Shown piece after piece: positions 19,309 to 28,868 of a stretch of DNA of 64,000 nucleotides. Numbering within the stretch: the stretch's first letter is position 1; the number at the start of each line of letters is the position of its first letter. Under the pieces are notes generated by a model. It did no database searches. It saw only the letters and a list, made by a program, of their open reading frames with translations, and was not told the DNA's origin. Source of the stretch: Candidatus Poribacteria bacterium (GTDB taxonomy: Bacteria; Poribacteria; WGA-4E; WGA-3G); contig OZ244804.1 of the NCBI GenBank assembly GCA_965220065.1, positions 4,554,431 through 4,618,430 on the forward strand, read 5' to 3'. A program made the translations under genes and the position numbers.

Positions 19309-21546
19309 TTAGAAACTATTCGCCACCAGCACAAGGTCTAAGACATTCACCGTGCCATCGCCGTTGACATCTGGGGTATCCTTGCCAAAAGCATTTGCGA
19401 CAGCAACGAGGTCAAGGATATTGACAATCCCATCCGCATTGACATCCGTTGTGGGAGGGGTTTCTAATCCCGATTCCGATTTCAGATAGATTTCACCATC
19501 TAAATCAGGTAGAATGTGCAGGGTGTTACGTAAACCACTTTCTACACCTGTTGCTTGTTCTGGTAGGCGAATAACTTGGGGGGCACCACTCCGATTGTAA
19601 ACCGCCCAACCGTTAGTGAACTCGCGAATGAACAGCCCCTCGCGATTCTCATAAAGCTGCGCTTTGGTTTCGTCGCCACCGATTGGGCGACCCAAAGGCG
19701 CATCCCAAAAATCGTACCAAAGCGTCCTAATATCGGGGTGACCCGAACTCACATTGACATACCCATCTGAATGCGTGAGGCTGAGCGTTGTAAACTGACG
19801 CACCGTGCGTTGGCTTGTTAGAGGTTTATGATCAACTTGACCCCATAAAAGCGTAAAAGTCGGTTCTCGCAAGTTCGATTCATACCACTTTATAATGTTC
19901 TCAAAATGATACAAAGTTTTATGTGTGTAGATTGGTTTTGGACCAGCTTCTATAAAAACACCGTTGATATACGGCGCAGACTGTGGAAGTTCTTCCGTTG
20001 AATTAACCATAATCAAAAAATCATCTGGGACATTCGCCCGGATCCCTTGAAGTATTTGGAGCCTTGCATTCAGTTCATCTTCTTTCGTTACGAGATGGCT
20101 GAGTTCACCCCGAAAATCACCCTCCAACTCCTTCCAGCGATCCAGCCAGATACCATCATATAGTCCACACTTTGCAATCGCAACAGTTTGTTGAATTATT
20201 ATTTCGATAACATCGGGATGTGTAAAATTGAGAAGGGGTTCCGAATACTTGTTACCGAGACGATCTACTTTCCATATACGACGTGCTATTGAACCGTCCT
20301 TATTTCGGAACCAATAAGGCGAGTCTTCAGGAATATTGAAGAAACCCCCATCGAAATATCCAATCGCAACAATAAATATCATATTCGGATTTTCACGGAT
20401 CGCCTCCCTATGGACGTGCGAGAGATGTGCTATCGTTTCACGCGATCCAGTCCGTACCGCACCACCAAATGGAGAATTAAAGGTACGTGGATGAACAAGT
20501 GGATGGAACGGCTCGAACATGAAAGAGAAATCGTAGTGGACCAACTGATTGAATGGATCCGGATCTTCTTCATAGTTGCTCCTTTTATGTGTCAGAAAAA
20601 CAGATGGATAGTCGCGATTCTTAATTCGTTCTGCCACAGTGGCGGTATCGGAAGGTCTTGGGTGTTCACAGATAAAATTTTCTTCTGCTGCCTCAAGATG
20701 CGATGCGTCTATACCTATAAATTGGTTCCCTAATGGAATCGGATTCGGATAGATAACAAGGGTTTTTAAATTCGTTAGACGCACAAGGGGCGTGAAATCT
20801 GAGATGGCGTTATTCTCTAAAATAAGTTCCTGTAGCCCTACCAATTCCGCAAGGGGTGAAACATCTGAAATCTGATCGCCCTGTAGACTTAACACTCTGA
20901 GGTTTTGTAAGTTTACCAGCGGTGTCAAATCCGAGATCAAACTACTCCCTAAACGAAGTTCCTGTAGCCCTATCAATCCCACAAGCGGTGTAATATCTGA
21001 AATCTGATTGTCATGTAATTTCAAGCATTGTAGGTTTACCAACCCAGAAAGGGGTGAAATATCCACAACTTCATTGCTTTTCATTCGTAAGTCTTGTAGC
21101 CCTATCAATCCTGCGAGCGGTGAAATGTCTACAATTTGATTGTTATGTAATTCCAAGCGTTGTAGGTTCACCAACCCAGAAAGGGGTGAAATATCCGTGA
21201 TGCGATTATAATTCAACTTCAAGACCTGTAAATTCTCAAGTCCCGCAAGGGGGGCTAAATCTGAGACTTCACTTCTAATAACAAACAAGCCCCGAAGGTT
21301 CACGGCATGTTCGAGCCCTTTCAAACGCTGAATATCGTGTTCTACTATTAGATGGTTTAATCCCGCCATATCTGTGGGATGTATCGGTATTGTGTCGGGA
21401 ATTCCTAAATTCTCACGGACCGCCCGCTCTAAGTAGGGATCCGGCATCCAGTCTTCTTTGTCTTGGGCGTGTGTGATATCTCCGAGTGTAACTATCAGTA
21501 GCAATCCAGTCAACATAACTGTAGATATGAATCCATTAATTTTCAT
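19309..21546 (-). CDS. Secreted LRR + GHL-domain protein with C-terminal dockerin pair (paralog of 13699..15954).
   Basis: MKINGFISTVMLTGLLLIVTLGDITHAQDKEDWMPDP. LRRs. Divergent GHL domain (LNFTHPDVIEIIIQQTVAIAKCGLYDGIWLDRW). Tail identical to gene 13699..: DVNADGIVNILDLVAVANAFGKDTPDVNGDGTVNVLDLVLVANSF. Confidence 0.75.
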   Translation of the reverse strand: MKINGFISTVMLTGLLLIVTLGDITHAQDKEDWMPDPYLERAVRENLGIPDTIPIHPTDMAGLNHLIVEHDIQRLKGLEHAVNLRGLFVIRSEVSDLAPLAGLENLQVLKLNYNRITDISPLSGLVNLQRLELHNNQIVDISPLAGLIGLQDLRMKSNEVVDISPLSGLVNLQCLKLHDNQISDITPLVGLIGLQELRLGSSLISDLTPLVNLQNLRVLSLQGDQISDVSPLAELVGLQELILENNAISDFTPLVRLTNLKTLVIYPNPIPLGNQFIGIDASHLEAAEENFICEHPRPSDTATVAERIKNRDYPSVFLTHKRSNYEEDPDPFNQLVHYDFSFMFEPFHPLVHPRTFNSPFGGAVRTGSRETIAHLSHVHREAIRENPNMIFIVAIGYFDGGFFNIPEDSPYWFRNKDGSIARRIWKVDRLGNKYSEPLLNFTHPDVIEIIIQQTVAIAKCGLYDGIWLDRWKELEGDFRGELSHLVTKEDELNARLQILQGIRANVPDDFLIMVNSTEELPQSAPYINGVFIEAGPKPIYTHKTLYHFENIIKWYESNLREPTFTLLWGQVDHKPLTSQRTVRQFTTLSLTHSDGYVNVSSGHPDIRTLWYDFWDAPLGRPIGGDETKAQLYENREGLFIREFTNGWAVYNRSGAPQVIRLPEQATGVESGLRNTLHILPDLDGEIYLKSESGLETPPTTDVNADGIVNILDLVAVANAFGKDTPDVNGDGTVNVLDLVLVANSF

Positions 21547-21593
21547 AGAGCGTATTCTTTTCCTATATTAGGTCGTAGAAATTCGTTTGTCTT

Positions 21594-21677
21594 TCTGGTG
21601 TTAGAAACGATTTGCGATAGCAACGCGATCAAAAATGTTGACGCTTTCATCGCTATTAACATCCGCAGGTGGTGTGC
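21594..21677 (-). pseudogene. Out-of-frame decayed dockerin repeat immediately 3' of the sigma-fusion gene 21678..24425.
   Basis: Frame +1 relative to the gene reads RDLYKISTPPADVNSDESVNIFDRVAIANRF then a stop. In the dockerin-tailed paralogs the same junction is in frame (DLDGEIYLKSESGLETPPTTDVNADG...). Plus-strand ORF 21598..21801 is its shadow. Confidence 0.55.
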
Positions 21678-24425
21678 TTATTTTATAAAGATCTCGCCAT
21701 CTAAATCCGGGACGACGTGTGATGTGCTGGTGATACGACTCGCGACACCGGTCACAGGTTCTGGAAGTTGGATCTTCTGTGCTTTCCCACTTCGGTTATA
21801 GACTGCCCAGCCATTGGTGAACTCCCGGATAAACACCCCCTCGCGATCCTCATAAAACTGCGCTTTGGTTTCATCGCCACCAACCGGTTGACCGAGAGGA
21901 GCGTCATAGAAGTCGTACCAGTACTTCGTGTTTTGGTGAGTGTGCCGCTTGCCCTGTGCATGCAGATCTGCATGACCTGGCCAAAATTCAAAAGGGTGGG
22001 GGGGATGGTAAAGGTGACCACCCATGGTAAATAGGACATAACCATCAGAATGCGTCAGGCTCAGTGTTGTCCATAGACGCATCCATTGTAGATTTCTCGG
22101 ACTATCCAGCAGTTCGCTCCGAACGCCCCTGCCTGCCAAACAGTTGATTTGCGGTTCTCGGAGATTTTCTTCAGCCCATAACAGCGTACTTTCGATGTGA
22201 GAGAGTCCTGCGTAGGTATAACCGCCCTCATAATCTTCGGTAGTTTGTATGAAAAGTCCATTAATATATTCCGCATGCCTCGGAATAGTCGTGTCGGTAG
22301 TCGTTATCAGAATCAAGAAATCATTACCTACGGCATCACGAATACCTTTTATGATACGATCCCGTGCGGCATGCTCTTCTTCCACGGTTTTATTATATCC
22401 TTCAAATTCGTGCCCTTTCGTCCAATGATTTATGGCAATTCCGTCAAAAATTCCACACTTTGCAACTTCAATTGCCTGTTGGATAACCATCTCTTGCACA
22501 GCAGGATGCGTGAAGTCCAGGAAAGAGTGATCCCATCCTTGAGATCTAAGTCTATTTCCCGATCCATCTCTGAGAATATATGGCGAATCCTCTGGATACG
22601 CATCGTCGTCTGCAGCATAGTATTCTATGCTTGTAAGGAGAATCAGATTTGGATTCTGAGCGCGCATCCGATCTGGCGCGCTCCTGGCCTCCTCAAGGTC
22701 CCCTATTAATCTCAGGTTTCCGTCCGGTGTTGGAGTCCAAGTCCACCCGAATGTTTCACCACAAAAAAACAGATCATGATAGGCTATTTTCTCCTCCCGC
22801 GAGAGTCTTGGCATATTGATTATATCCCCACATGCTTGAAAAACCGACGGAAGTACCCTGTTTTCTATACGAGGACGTATAGGTGCTCTCGCTATTTCAC
22901 AAATAACTGGAGGATCTACTGGTTTCAGTCTCTGAAGAATTTCTGGGTCTATCGGTATATCTCCCAGATCCAATCTTTCTAGCCCGACAAGCCCGTGAAG
23001 AGATGTAAAGTCAATGATCTGATTTCCTCTCAGAAGCAACACTTTGAGGTTTACAAACCCATCAAGGGGTGTAATATCTGAAATGTTGTTGTGAGATAGG
23101 TTTAAGTCTGTGAGGTTCACAAGTCCAGCGAGCGGTGTTAAGTCTGAAATGTTGTTGTGGGATAGGTTTAAGTCTGTGAGATTCACAAGTCCAGCGAGCG
23201 GTGTTAAGTCTGAAATGTTGCTGTCATAAAATTTCAAAACCCTGATATTCTGTAACCCGGCAAGGGGTGTTAAGTCTGAAATGTTTGCTCTAAGGATATC
23301 AAGGAATTCTAAGTTCACCGCGTGTTCGAGACCCTGAAGATTTGTGATGATGCCTTCGGCACGTATCTCTATATCTGTCAAACGCAACAGATCACGAGGG
23401 GTCATAGGGATATTGTCTGGAATCTCAAGACGTTCTCGAACAAACCACCGGAGATTCGGATCCGGCATCCATGTCTCAACAGTTTCGGGATGCACCGGTA
23501 ATCCAGTTGTTGAGACAGTTTCAGATCCCTGTGAGCCAGTACCAGTGTTTTTATCTAACGCTGTAGCCTGTCCCACTTGATTTCGCAGGGCGGGTTTCAC
23601 ATCAGTCTCAAGAACGACGGGTGCGTCAATGATTACAACGGTCGGTTCGGATTGTGCCTCGAAACTGTAGGGTTTCTGGAATCGGGCGAGGTATTGATTG
23701 CTCGTGCCAAGGAGTAATGCGAGCAGAAGAAAAGCCGTACCGAAAGCGATCCATGGAATAACCGGTTTTGGCGTTGTTTGCGGCATTGACTTTATGTCAG
23801 CGACCCGCTGCATAATGTTTTGGCTGACACTCACCGGTATCTGCACGCCACCGAGGACTTCTTGAACAAGGAGTGCTTCTTCCTCTTGTAACCGCTTGCG
23901 TGCCCGATACAACCGATTATGAACTGCGCTTGCAGAGACACCCAAGAACTTACTAATTTCTTTCACCGTCATTTCGCCAAGATAGAAAAGCGTCATGACG
24001 GTCCGCTCACTCTCCGGGAGTTTTTCGAGAAGTGTTTTGACGATAGCACGGCGACGCTCGGTGATTTCTGTCTGCTGTTGTTCCGATACGTGATGAGTAT
24101 AAGAGGATTTCTCTATTTCTTCCACGGGTGTGTCCTCCAACGATTGTATCGTAAGATTTTTCTGACGCATCCGATCAATACAAAGCCGATTTGCAATGAC
24201 ATACAGCCACCCAGCAAATTTATAGGGGTCCTTAAGCGTCGCGAGTCTTTTATATACCTGAAGGAACGTATCTTGTGTAATCTCCTCGGCATCGTGGAAA
24301 TCGCCGATCTTCCGCCACGCGAGGGCGTGGACACTTTTCTGGTGCCTGTGGACCAAGACATCAAACGCCGCTTCATCGCCTGATAATATTCTTTGTATGA
24401 GTTGAACATCGCTTTCTTTTTCCAC
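21678..24425 (-). CDS. Second ECF sigma-70 factor / transmembrane helix / LRR + GHL ectodomain fusion protein.
   Basis: Sigma region 2 (HALAWRKIGDFHDAEEITQDTFLQVYKRL) and region 4 (ERTVMTLFYLGEMTVKEISKFLGVSASAVHNRLYRARKRL). TM segment VIPWIAFGTAFLLLALLLGT. Linker FQKPYSFEAQSEPTVVIIDAPVVLETD shared with gene 6840... LRRs ISDLTPLAGLVNLTDL. GHL domain LDFTHPAVQEMVIQQAIEVAKCGIFDGIAINHW...FIREFTNGWAVYNRSG...DLDGEIFIK. Confidence 0.8.
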   Translation of the reverse strand: MEKESDVQLIQRILSGDEAAFDVLVHRHQKSVHALAWRKIGDFHDAEEITQDTFLQVYKRLATLKDPYKFAGWLYVIANRLCIDRMRQKNLTIQSLEDTPVEEIEKSSYTHHVSEQQQTEITERRRAIVKTLLEKLPESERTVMTLFYLGEMTVKEISKFLGVSASAVHNRLYRARKRLQEEEALLVQEVLGGVQIPVSVSQNIMQRVADIKSMPQTTPKPVIPWIAFGTAFLLLALLLGTSNQYLARFQKPYSFEAQSEPTVVIIDAPVVLETDVKPALRNQVGQATALDKNTGTGSQGSETVSTTGLPVHPETVETWMPDPNLRWFVRERLEIPDNIPMTPRDLLRLTDIEIRAEGIITNLQGLEHAVNLEFLDILRANISDLTPLAGLQNIRVLKFYDSNISDLTPLAGLVNLTDLNLSHNNISDLTPLAGLVNLTDLNLSHNNISDITPLDGFVNLKVLLLRGNQIIDFTSLHGLVGLERLDLGDIPIDPEILQRLKPVDPPVICEIARAPIRPRIENRVLPSVFQACGDIINMPRLSREEKIAYHDLFFCGETFGWTWTPTPDGNLRLIGDLEEARSAPDRMRAQNPNLILLTSIEYYAADDDAYPEDSPYILRDGSGNRLRSQGWDHSFLDFTHPAVQEMVIQQAIEVAKCGIFDGIAINHWTKGHEFEGYNKTVEEEHAARDRIIKGIRDAVGNDFLILITTTDTTIPRHAEYINGLFIQTTEDYEGGYTYAGLSHIESTLLWAEENLREPQINCLAGRGVRSELLDSPRNLQWMRLWTTLSLTHSDGYVLFTMGGHLYHPPHPFEFWPGHADLHAQGKRHTHQNTKYWYDFYDAPLGQPVGGDETKAQFYEDREGVFIREFTNGWAVYNRSGKAQKIQLPEPVTGVASRITSTSHVVPDLDGEIFIK

Positions 24426-24760
24426 GAGGGGTCCTCCTAATGAACAGTTGGGGTGTGTCCGTGTTCGCCAAAAGGCTTAATCAGATGCCGAGTCTTTTGA
24501 AATTGCACAGGGCGATACGGTTCATACCCTCTATTATTAAAGACGAAGTTTTGGGCAGGAAATTCGCATAATTTGAAAAAATAAGAGAAATCAGGATTTT
24601 TTAGAAGTCGTTCTGCGGATATCGGGTTCTGAACACGGGATAAAGTCCGATTGTGGAGGGAAAATACAGGGTGGATGTCCTTGAAAGGATTTTTCGAGAG
24701 ACAGGAGTGGTTACAGGGATGCTCCTTATGTGTCAATTTTAGAAAAATTTATGTGACCTC

Positions 24761-25001
24761 GTAGGTTGGGTTGAGCGGAATTGAGACAGACAACGTGGGT
24801 GCCCCAAGCACATTTCATCCGCCTATCCCATCACATCAATCAAGGAGATAGCGAAACCCAACGCCATCCCGCTCCCTATGTAGAATCTGAGAAGGAATAT
24901 GTTGGGTTTCACTGCGTTTTTGGAGCTATATGTGGGTCTGTCAGATTTGATGTATTTTCAAACCATGGCGTTTTATGCCAATCCCGTTCAACCCAACCTA
25001 C
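24761..25001. repeat. MITE-like element copy A: 18-bp terminal inverted repeats with a nested internal inverted repeat.
   Basis: Left arm gtaggttgggttgagcgg at 24761. Right arm ccgttcaacccaacctac at 24984..25001. Internal gcgaaacccaacgc ... gttgggtttcact pair. Same termini and inner arms as copy B at 26850..27078; the middle sequence diverges. Confidence 0.6.
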
Positions 25002-25188
25002 GTTCCTGATTATCGGTTATGGTGGGGTGTGGACAATTCTCATCCCTCTGAAATGCAATCCATACTCTATAGGATGGACGCACTGCCTCTTAAAGTCCCC
25101 TGATAAGGGGGTTTAGGGAGTTAAATCGCTAAACAACGGCTTTTTTTCGGAAATATATCGCCTTTTCACGCAATTTGCGCCCGTCCTA

Positions 25189-25947
25189 TTAGAAATAGGT
25201 CTCTAATTGCGCGCGTGCGTTTGCGACCCCGTCAATAATCGGTTGTGGTGTTTCCGCTTTCAACCCCAAATAGATGAGCATAATCTCCTCGGTGTAGCCG
25301 ACACGGTCTATCTCCTGACAGATAGCAGGAAAATCCATCTCTGGTGCCCAGAATGGCTCGCTGCCTGTCTGTGAATCCACACCACAGTTGAAATAGACGC
25401 TGATCAACCGCTCCGACAAGGTGCGTAAAGCGACGACTGGATCGTCTCCGGCGCGATGGAAATGAAACGGACTGTAGTAGAAACCGAAGTTTTCGGCGGA
25501 GATCGCATTGAGGATGTGTTGCGTGCGTTCCAGATTGTAAGCCATGCTCCCTTCGTGGGCGTAGAGCATAAGGGTTAGATTACGAGCCTGTGCCTCTTCG
25601 GTAACCGTTTGGAGATGATCAATAATCGTTTCAATCTCGCGGGCGGTGGCTTCTTCTTTGCCACCACTCGCGATGCTGACGAGTGGAATGGAAAGCCTTT
25701 GGGCAGTATCAAGAATTTCGATTAACGCCTCGAGTCCGTCTGGCGCGTCAACCGCCACAGTACTCAACATAGATTTAAAACGGAGCCCGGTCTCCTCTCG
25801 GAGTGCGGCGATCGTTTCGGCTTCCACAACCGAATAGTGAGTTTGGGCGAGTTCAATCGCGGATACGCCCTTTTGGGATAACCCACCTACAAATTCCGTC
25901 AATTGGTAAGGGGAAAATGGGAGGGTGCTTGCACAATAGGTTCTCAT
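25189..25947 (-). CDS. Sugar phosphate isomerase/epimerase (xylose-isomerase-like TIM barrel, AP endonuclease 2 fold).
   Basis: Family-typical length and composition (…YAHEGSMAYN…FYYSPFHFHRAGDD…). Start chosen at MRTYCAS (reverse complement ATG ending at 25947), which makes an ATGA 4-bp start/stop overlap with the upstream gene 25944..26720. The ORF-track start at 25977 is also possible. Confidence 0.6.
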   Translation of the reverse strand: MRTYCASTLPFSPYQLTEFVGGLSQKGVSAIELAQTHYSVVEAETIAALREETGLRFKSMLSTVAVDAPDGLEALIEILDTAQRLSIPLVSIASGGKEEATAREIETIIDHLQTVTEEAQARNLTLMLYAHEGSMAYNLERTQHILNAISAENFGFYYSPFHFHRAGDDPVVALRTLSERLISVYFNCGVDSQTGSEPFWAPEMDFPAICQEIDRVGYTEEIMLIYLGLKAETPQPIIDGVANARAQLETYF

Positions 25948-26720
25948 TTTCCCATCTCCTTCAGCGCACTCAGGCAACGTTCAACAGCCTCAAGTGGTGG
26001 GAAGGCATCACTTTCATATTCAACGATGTACCATTTCGTGCCACCGGTGGTTTCACAGACTCGGAAAATCTCGTCCCATGGCACACTGTCTTCGCCGATA
26101 ACCGGACGGAAACCGGCGTGTCTATCTACCTCACCCAGTGATTCGGTGTAGGGTTTGAGATGAACGGTGCCAGCGCGTCCCGGGTATCTCTCCAGAATGC
26201 CGACGAGATCCGCACCACCAGATAACGCATTGCCCATATCCAGTTGCATCACAACGCCTTCATTGGTGTTCCCAAAGAAAGTATCCCACGGGAGCTCGCC
26301 ATCGAGCGGCGAAAATTCGACGTGATGGTTGTGATAACCCGTTACCATACCGTGTGCGGCGAGTTTATCCGCGATTCCATTGAAAGTCTCTGCTAACTTC
26401 AACCAGTCTGCCCGCGATTGACGCAGTTCCCCCGGGATACCCGGAACGATAACATACGGGTTTTCCAGGACCTTGTTAAATTCGATTGTTTCATCAAGGG
26501 TATCCTCTTGGACGAGGTTGAAGGGGGTGTGCCAACCACAACAGATCAAGCCGAACTCGTCAAGCAAGCCTTTCAACTCCTGTGCGGAGTGTTGCGGTGG
26601 ACCCGCGAATTCAACACCTTCATATCCCATCTCGGCGACCGCTTTTATCGTGCCTCGGACATCTTCTGCCAACTCATTTCGGACGGAGAACAGTTCTAAA
26701 CCAATCGGTATTCTGGACAT
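25944..26720 (-). CDS. Sugar phosphate isomerase/epimerase (xylose-isomerase-like TIM barrel), second of a tandem pair.
   Basis: MSRIPIGLELFSVRNELAEDVRGTIKAVAEMGYEGVEFAG... is a typical family N-terminus. Start at 26720 with RBS gaaaggaaaattATG. The ORF-track extension to 26939 runs into the MITE copy-B inverted repeat (IPFNPTYDT is a translation of the repeat arm) and is rejected. Confidence 0.7.
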   Translation of the reverse strand: MSRIPIGLELFSVRNELAEDVRGTIKAVAEMGYEGVEFAGPPQHSAQELKGLLDEFGLICCGWHTPFNLVQEDTLDETIEFNKVLENPYVIVPGIPGELRQSRADWLKLAETFNGIADKLAAHGMVTGYHNHHVEFSPLDGELPWDTFFGNTNEGVVMQLDMGNALSGGADLVGILERYPGRAGTVHLKPYTESLGEVDRHAGFRPVIGEDSVPWDEIFRVCETTGGTKWYIVEYESDAFPPLEAVERCLSALKEMGK

Positions 26721-26849
26721 AATTTTCCTTTCTTTTCTACTGGAAATTTGTATCGTAAAGCCTACAATTAAGGCATACTTCGTGTGCCTACTACACAACA
26801 GTTGTCTGTAAGAAATCTTTGTATTCTTATCTGTGAAAACATAAGTGTC

Positions 26850-27078
26850 GTAGGTTGGGTTGAACGGAATCTTACTGAAAATCGCATAGAGAAGATAATT
26901 TTCCAGTTCATCAAGAAACCTGAAATCACCAAGGGACAAGTGAAACCCAACGCATTTTCACACCGATAGTGTTGGGTGTTGGGTTTCACTATCTCTATCT
27001 ACAGGGACAATTCATCGAAAATCGGCATTCTCCGTATAAACCGGAGGGTTTTGGTCTTTACCGCTCAACCCAACCTAC
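26850..27078. repeat. MITE-like element copy B, same orientation as copy A.
   Basis: gtaggttgggttgaacggaat at 26850. ccgctcaacccaacctac at 27061..27078. Internal agtgaaacccaacgc ... gttgggtttcact pair. Confidence 0.6.
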
Positions 27079-27095
27079 GGTCACATCTATATTTT

Positions 27096-27215
27096 GGACT
27101 TACGCAGGTTCCTCTTTTGTAGCACAAACTGTTAGTTTGTGTCAGAAGACCGGCTGCTTTTTTTCAAAATTCCCATCTAACAGAACATACCACGATCAAA
27201 ATTGCGTAAGTCCTG
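27096..27215. repeat. Small palindromic element bounded by 11-bp inverted repeats (ggacttacgca / tgcgtaagtcc) and carrying the TGTAGCACAAACT-N3-AGTTTGTG motif, abutting MITE copy B.
   Basis: ggacttacgcagg at 27096. Motif ttgtagcacaaactgttagtttgtgtc at 27118..27142. tgcgtaagtcc at 27203..27213. Related unit at 58242..58286. Confidence 0.5.
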
Positions 27216-27245
27216 TATATTGTTATTATCAAGCTCAAATCTTTG

Positions 27246-28685
27246 TTATCGTGCTGTGTAATTGGGCGCGAGTGGACATATCCGAGAAAGTGCCAACAGT
27301 GCGACGCGTGCCAACCCGTGAATCAGGTACGCCGCTCCCATTTGCGACTCATACCAGTCAATCCCGGATGCGCCGAAGGGGAGCGTCTCTGGAAAATAGA
27401 CCTCCAACACCGTTTCTGCCAATTCAATGCCGCCTTCCAGCCACACCGACTCACCCGTGATGTCGTAGAGATCCGCAAACAGCTCAAGCGTAAGACCGGC
27501 ATCGGATGCTGGAATCTTAAATCCTTCTGTGTGAACACGATCGATTGGGAATTTCTCTGCAAGATAAGTATTGCCAACCACGCGTGCCCATTCCATTAAC
27601 TTCTCATTCTGTGTCAATCGCCAGCCACCGAGACACAGCACCGCAGTGCCGCACACGGTTCCTGCACCGTAAACGCTGCCCCACGTTGACATGCGCTCAA
27701 AAATCCGATGCGTCTCACACTCGCAGAGACTGACGAATTCGCGGGTTTCAAGGTTGTGTGGTGCAGCGAGAAATCCGTCAATGTAGACCAAGCCGTAGTG
27801 CCGCATCTGGTCCGCCAATTCCGGTAGGAGCGATTCTAACAACGCGGCGGATTCAAGGAGACTCATCCCTAACGAGAACGTCTGTGTCGGAGCGTTCTTC
27901 TCAAAAAACCGTTCGTCCTCTTTCGGCGAGCGACTCTCAATACGCAAAAGTCCACGCGCATCCCGTTTCTCCCACCAATAGCTGGTATAGTTCTGAATCT
28001 GTTGGAGGGTTTCAGGACGTTGATCTTGCGTATACGCGAACGCCAAATCGAAGATGTAAAAACCTGAATGACGTGGAAAATCGCAGGCACGGGCACCGCG
28101 AGCGAGATGTGCTTTTGTGTCAATATTCGCATGGCGGATGTATTCAAGTCCGTTCCCTTCTGTCCAATGATAATCCAATCCGTCTGCGAAACTCTGTACA
28201 CAGGCAGGGTTAAAGATATTCAGTTTTTGCCAGATCCAGAGCGGAACCTTGCGCAGATGGTCGTGAATTGCAGTACCCCCTGCTGGGTTTCGTGAACATC
28301 CAACCCGTTCCTCAATGAGTTGCCAGAAGGCGTGTTCACCCCAAGGGAATAATCCTGTTGTCGTATTTGTGCAATTCTGGGCAAAGTGCTTCAGGTATCG
28401 ATCTACAGTTTCAGCATATTCCGGTTTCGATTGGCTTTCAGCGAGTGCGTTCATCGTGGCAAGTAATGGTTCATCATGAATCAAATTGGAGCCGAGATGT
28501 GCTCTGTCGCCGTCCCGTTGTCCCGGAATCTTGGTTGGTTTCTCCGTGAGCATATCGCCGGTTTGTGGATCCAGAATTGACGGGAACAGACCTTTGTATG
28601 GCTCACTGCTTTCGATAAGTTGGTCGATAGCATGGCATATTTTCGTTAGAATGACTTCTGGGTTCATCGCAAATAAGGCCTCCAC
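27246..28685 (-). CDS. Hypothetical 479-aa protein of unknown function, embedded among sugar isomerase/epimerase genes.
   Basis: Long uninterrupted ORF with no recognisable motif. The start could be the internal MNPEVIL at 28667. Confidence 0.5.
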   Translation of the reverse strand: MEALFAMNPEVILTKICHAIDQLIESSEPYKGLFPSILDPQTGDMLTEKPTKIPGQRDGDRAHLGSNLIHDEPLLATMNALAESQSKPEYAETVDRYLKHFAQNCTNTTTGLFPWGEHAFWQLIEERVGCSRNPAGGTAIHDHLRKVPLWIWQKLNIFNPACVQSFADGLDYHWTEGNGLEYIRHANIDTKAHLARGARACDFPRHSGFYIFDLAFAYTQDQRPETLQQIQNYTSYWWEKRDARGLLRIESRSPKEDERFFEKNAPTQTFSLGMSLLESAALLESLLPELADQMRHYGLVYIDGFLAAPHNLETREFVSLCECETHRIFERMSTWGSVYGAGTVCGTAVLCLGGWRLTQNEKLMEWARVVGNTYLAEKFPIDRVHTEGFKIPASDAGLTLELFADLYDITGESVWLEGGIELAETVLEVYFPETLPFGASGIDWYESQMGAAYLIHGLARVALLALSRICPLAPNYTAR

Positions 28686-28868
28686 CTCTGCTGAATGATG
28701 TAATCATAGCATAATCTTCTGAAAAATGTAATTTTTTTCAAATGAATGTGTTACCCCCTATGAGTCCTATTTTTTCTTGCTATCTGACGTTTTGTGTTGT
28801 ATAATCATCCTGTTTTTTTATTCTTCAGACTAAACCTACGACAAACCCTTATTTTACAGGAGAAACTT

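Noticed and set aside
24437-25116. ORFs 24437..24736 (minus) and 24781..25116 (plus).
   Set aside because: They lie in the promoter/MITE region, are low-complexity, and have no RBS or motif.
25944-26939. Extended N-terminus of isomerase ORF to 26939.
   Set aside because: The extension translates the MITE terminal inverted repeat (IPFNPTYDT). The canonical family N-terminus and RBS are at 26720.
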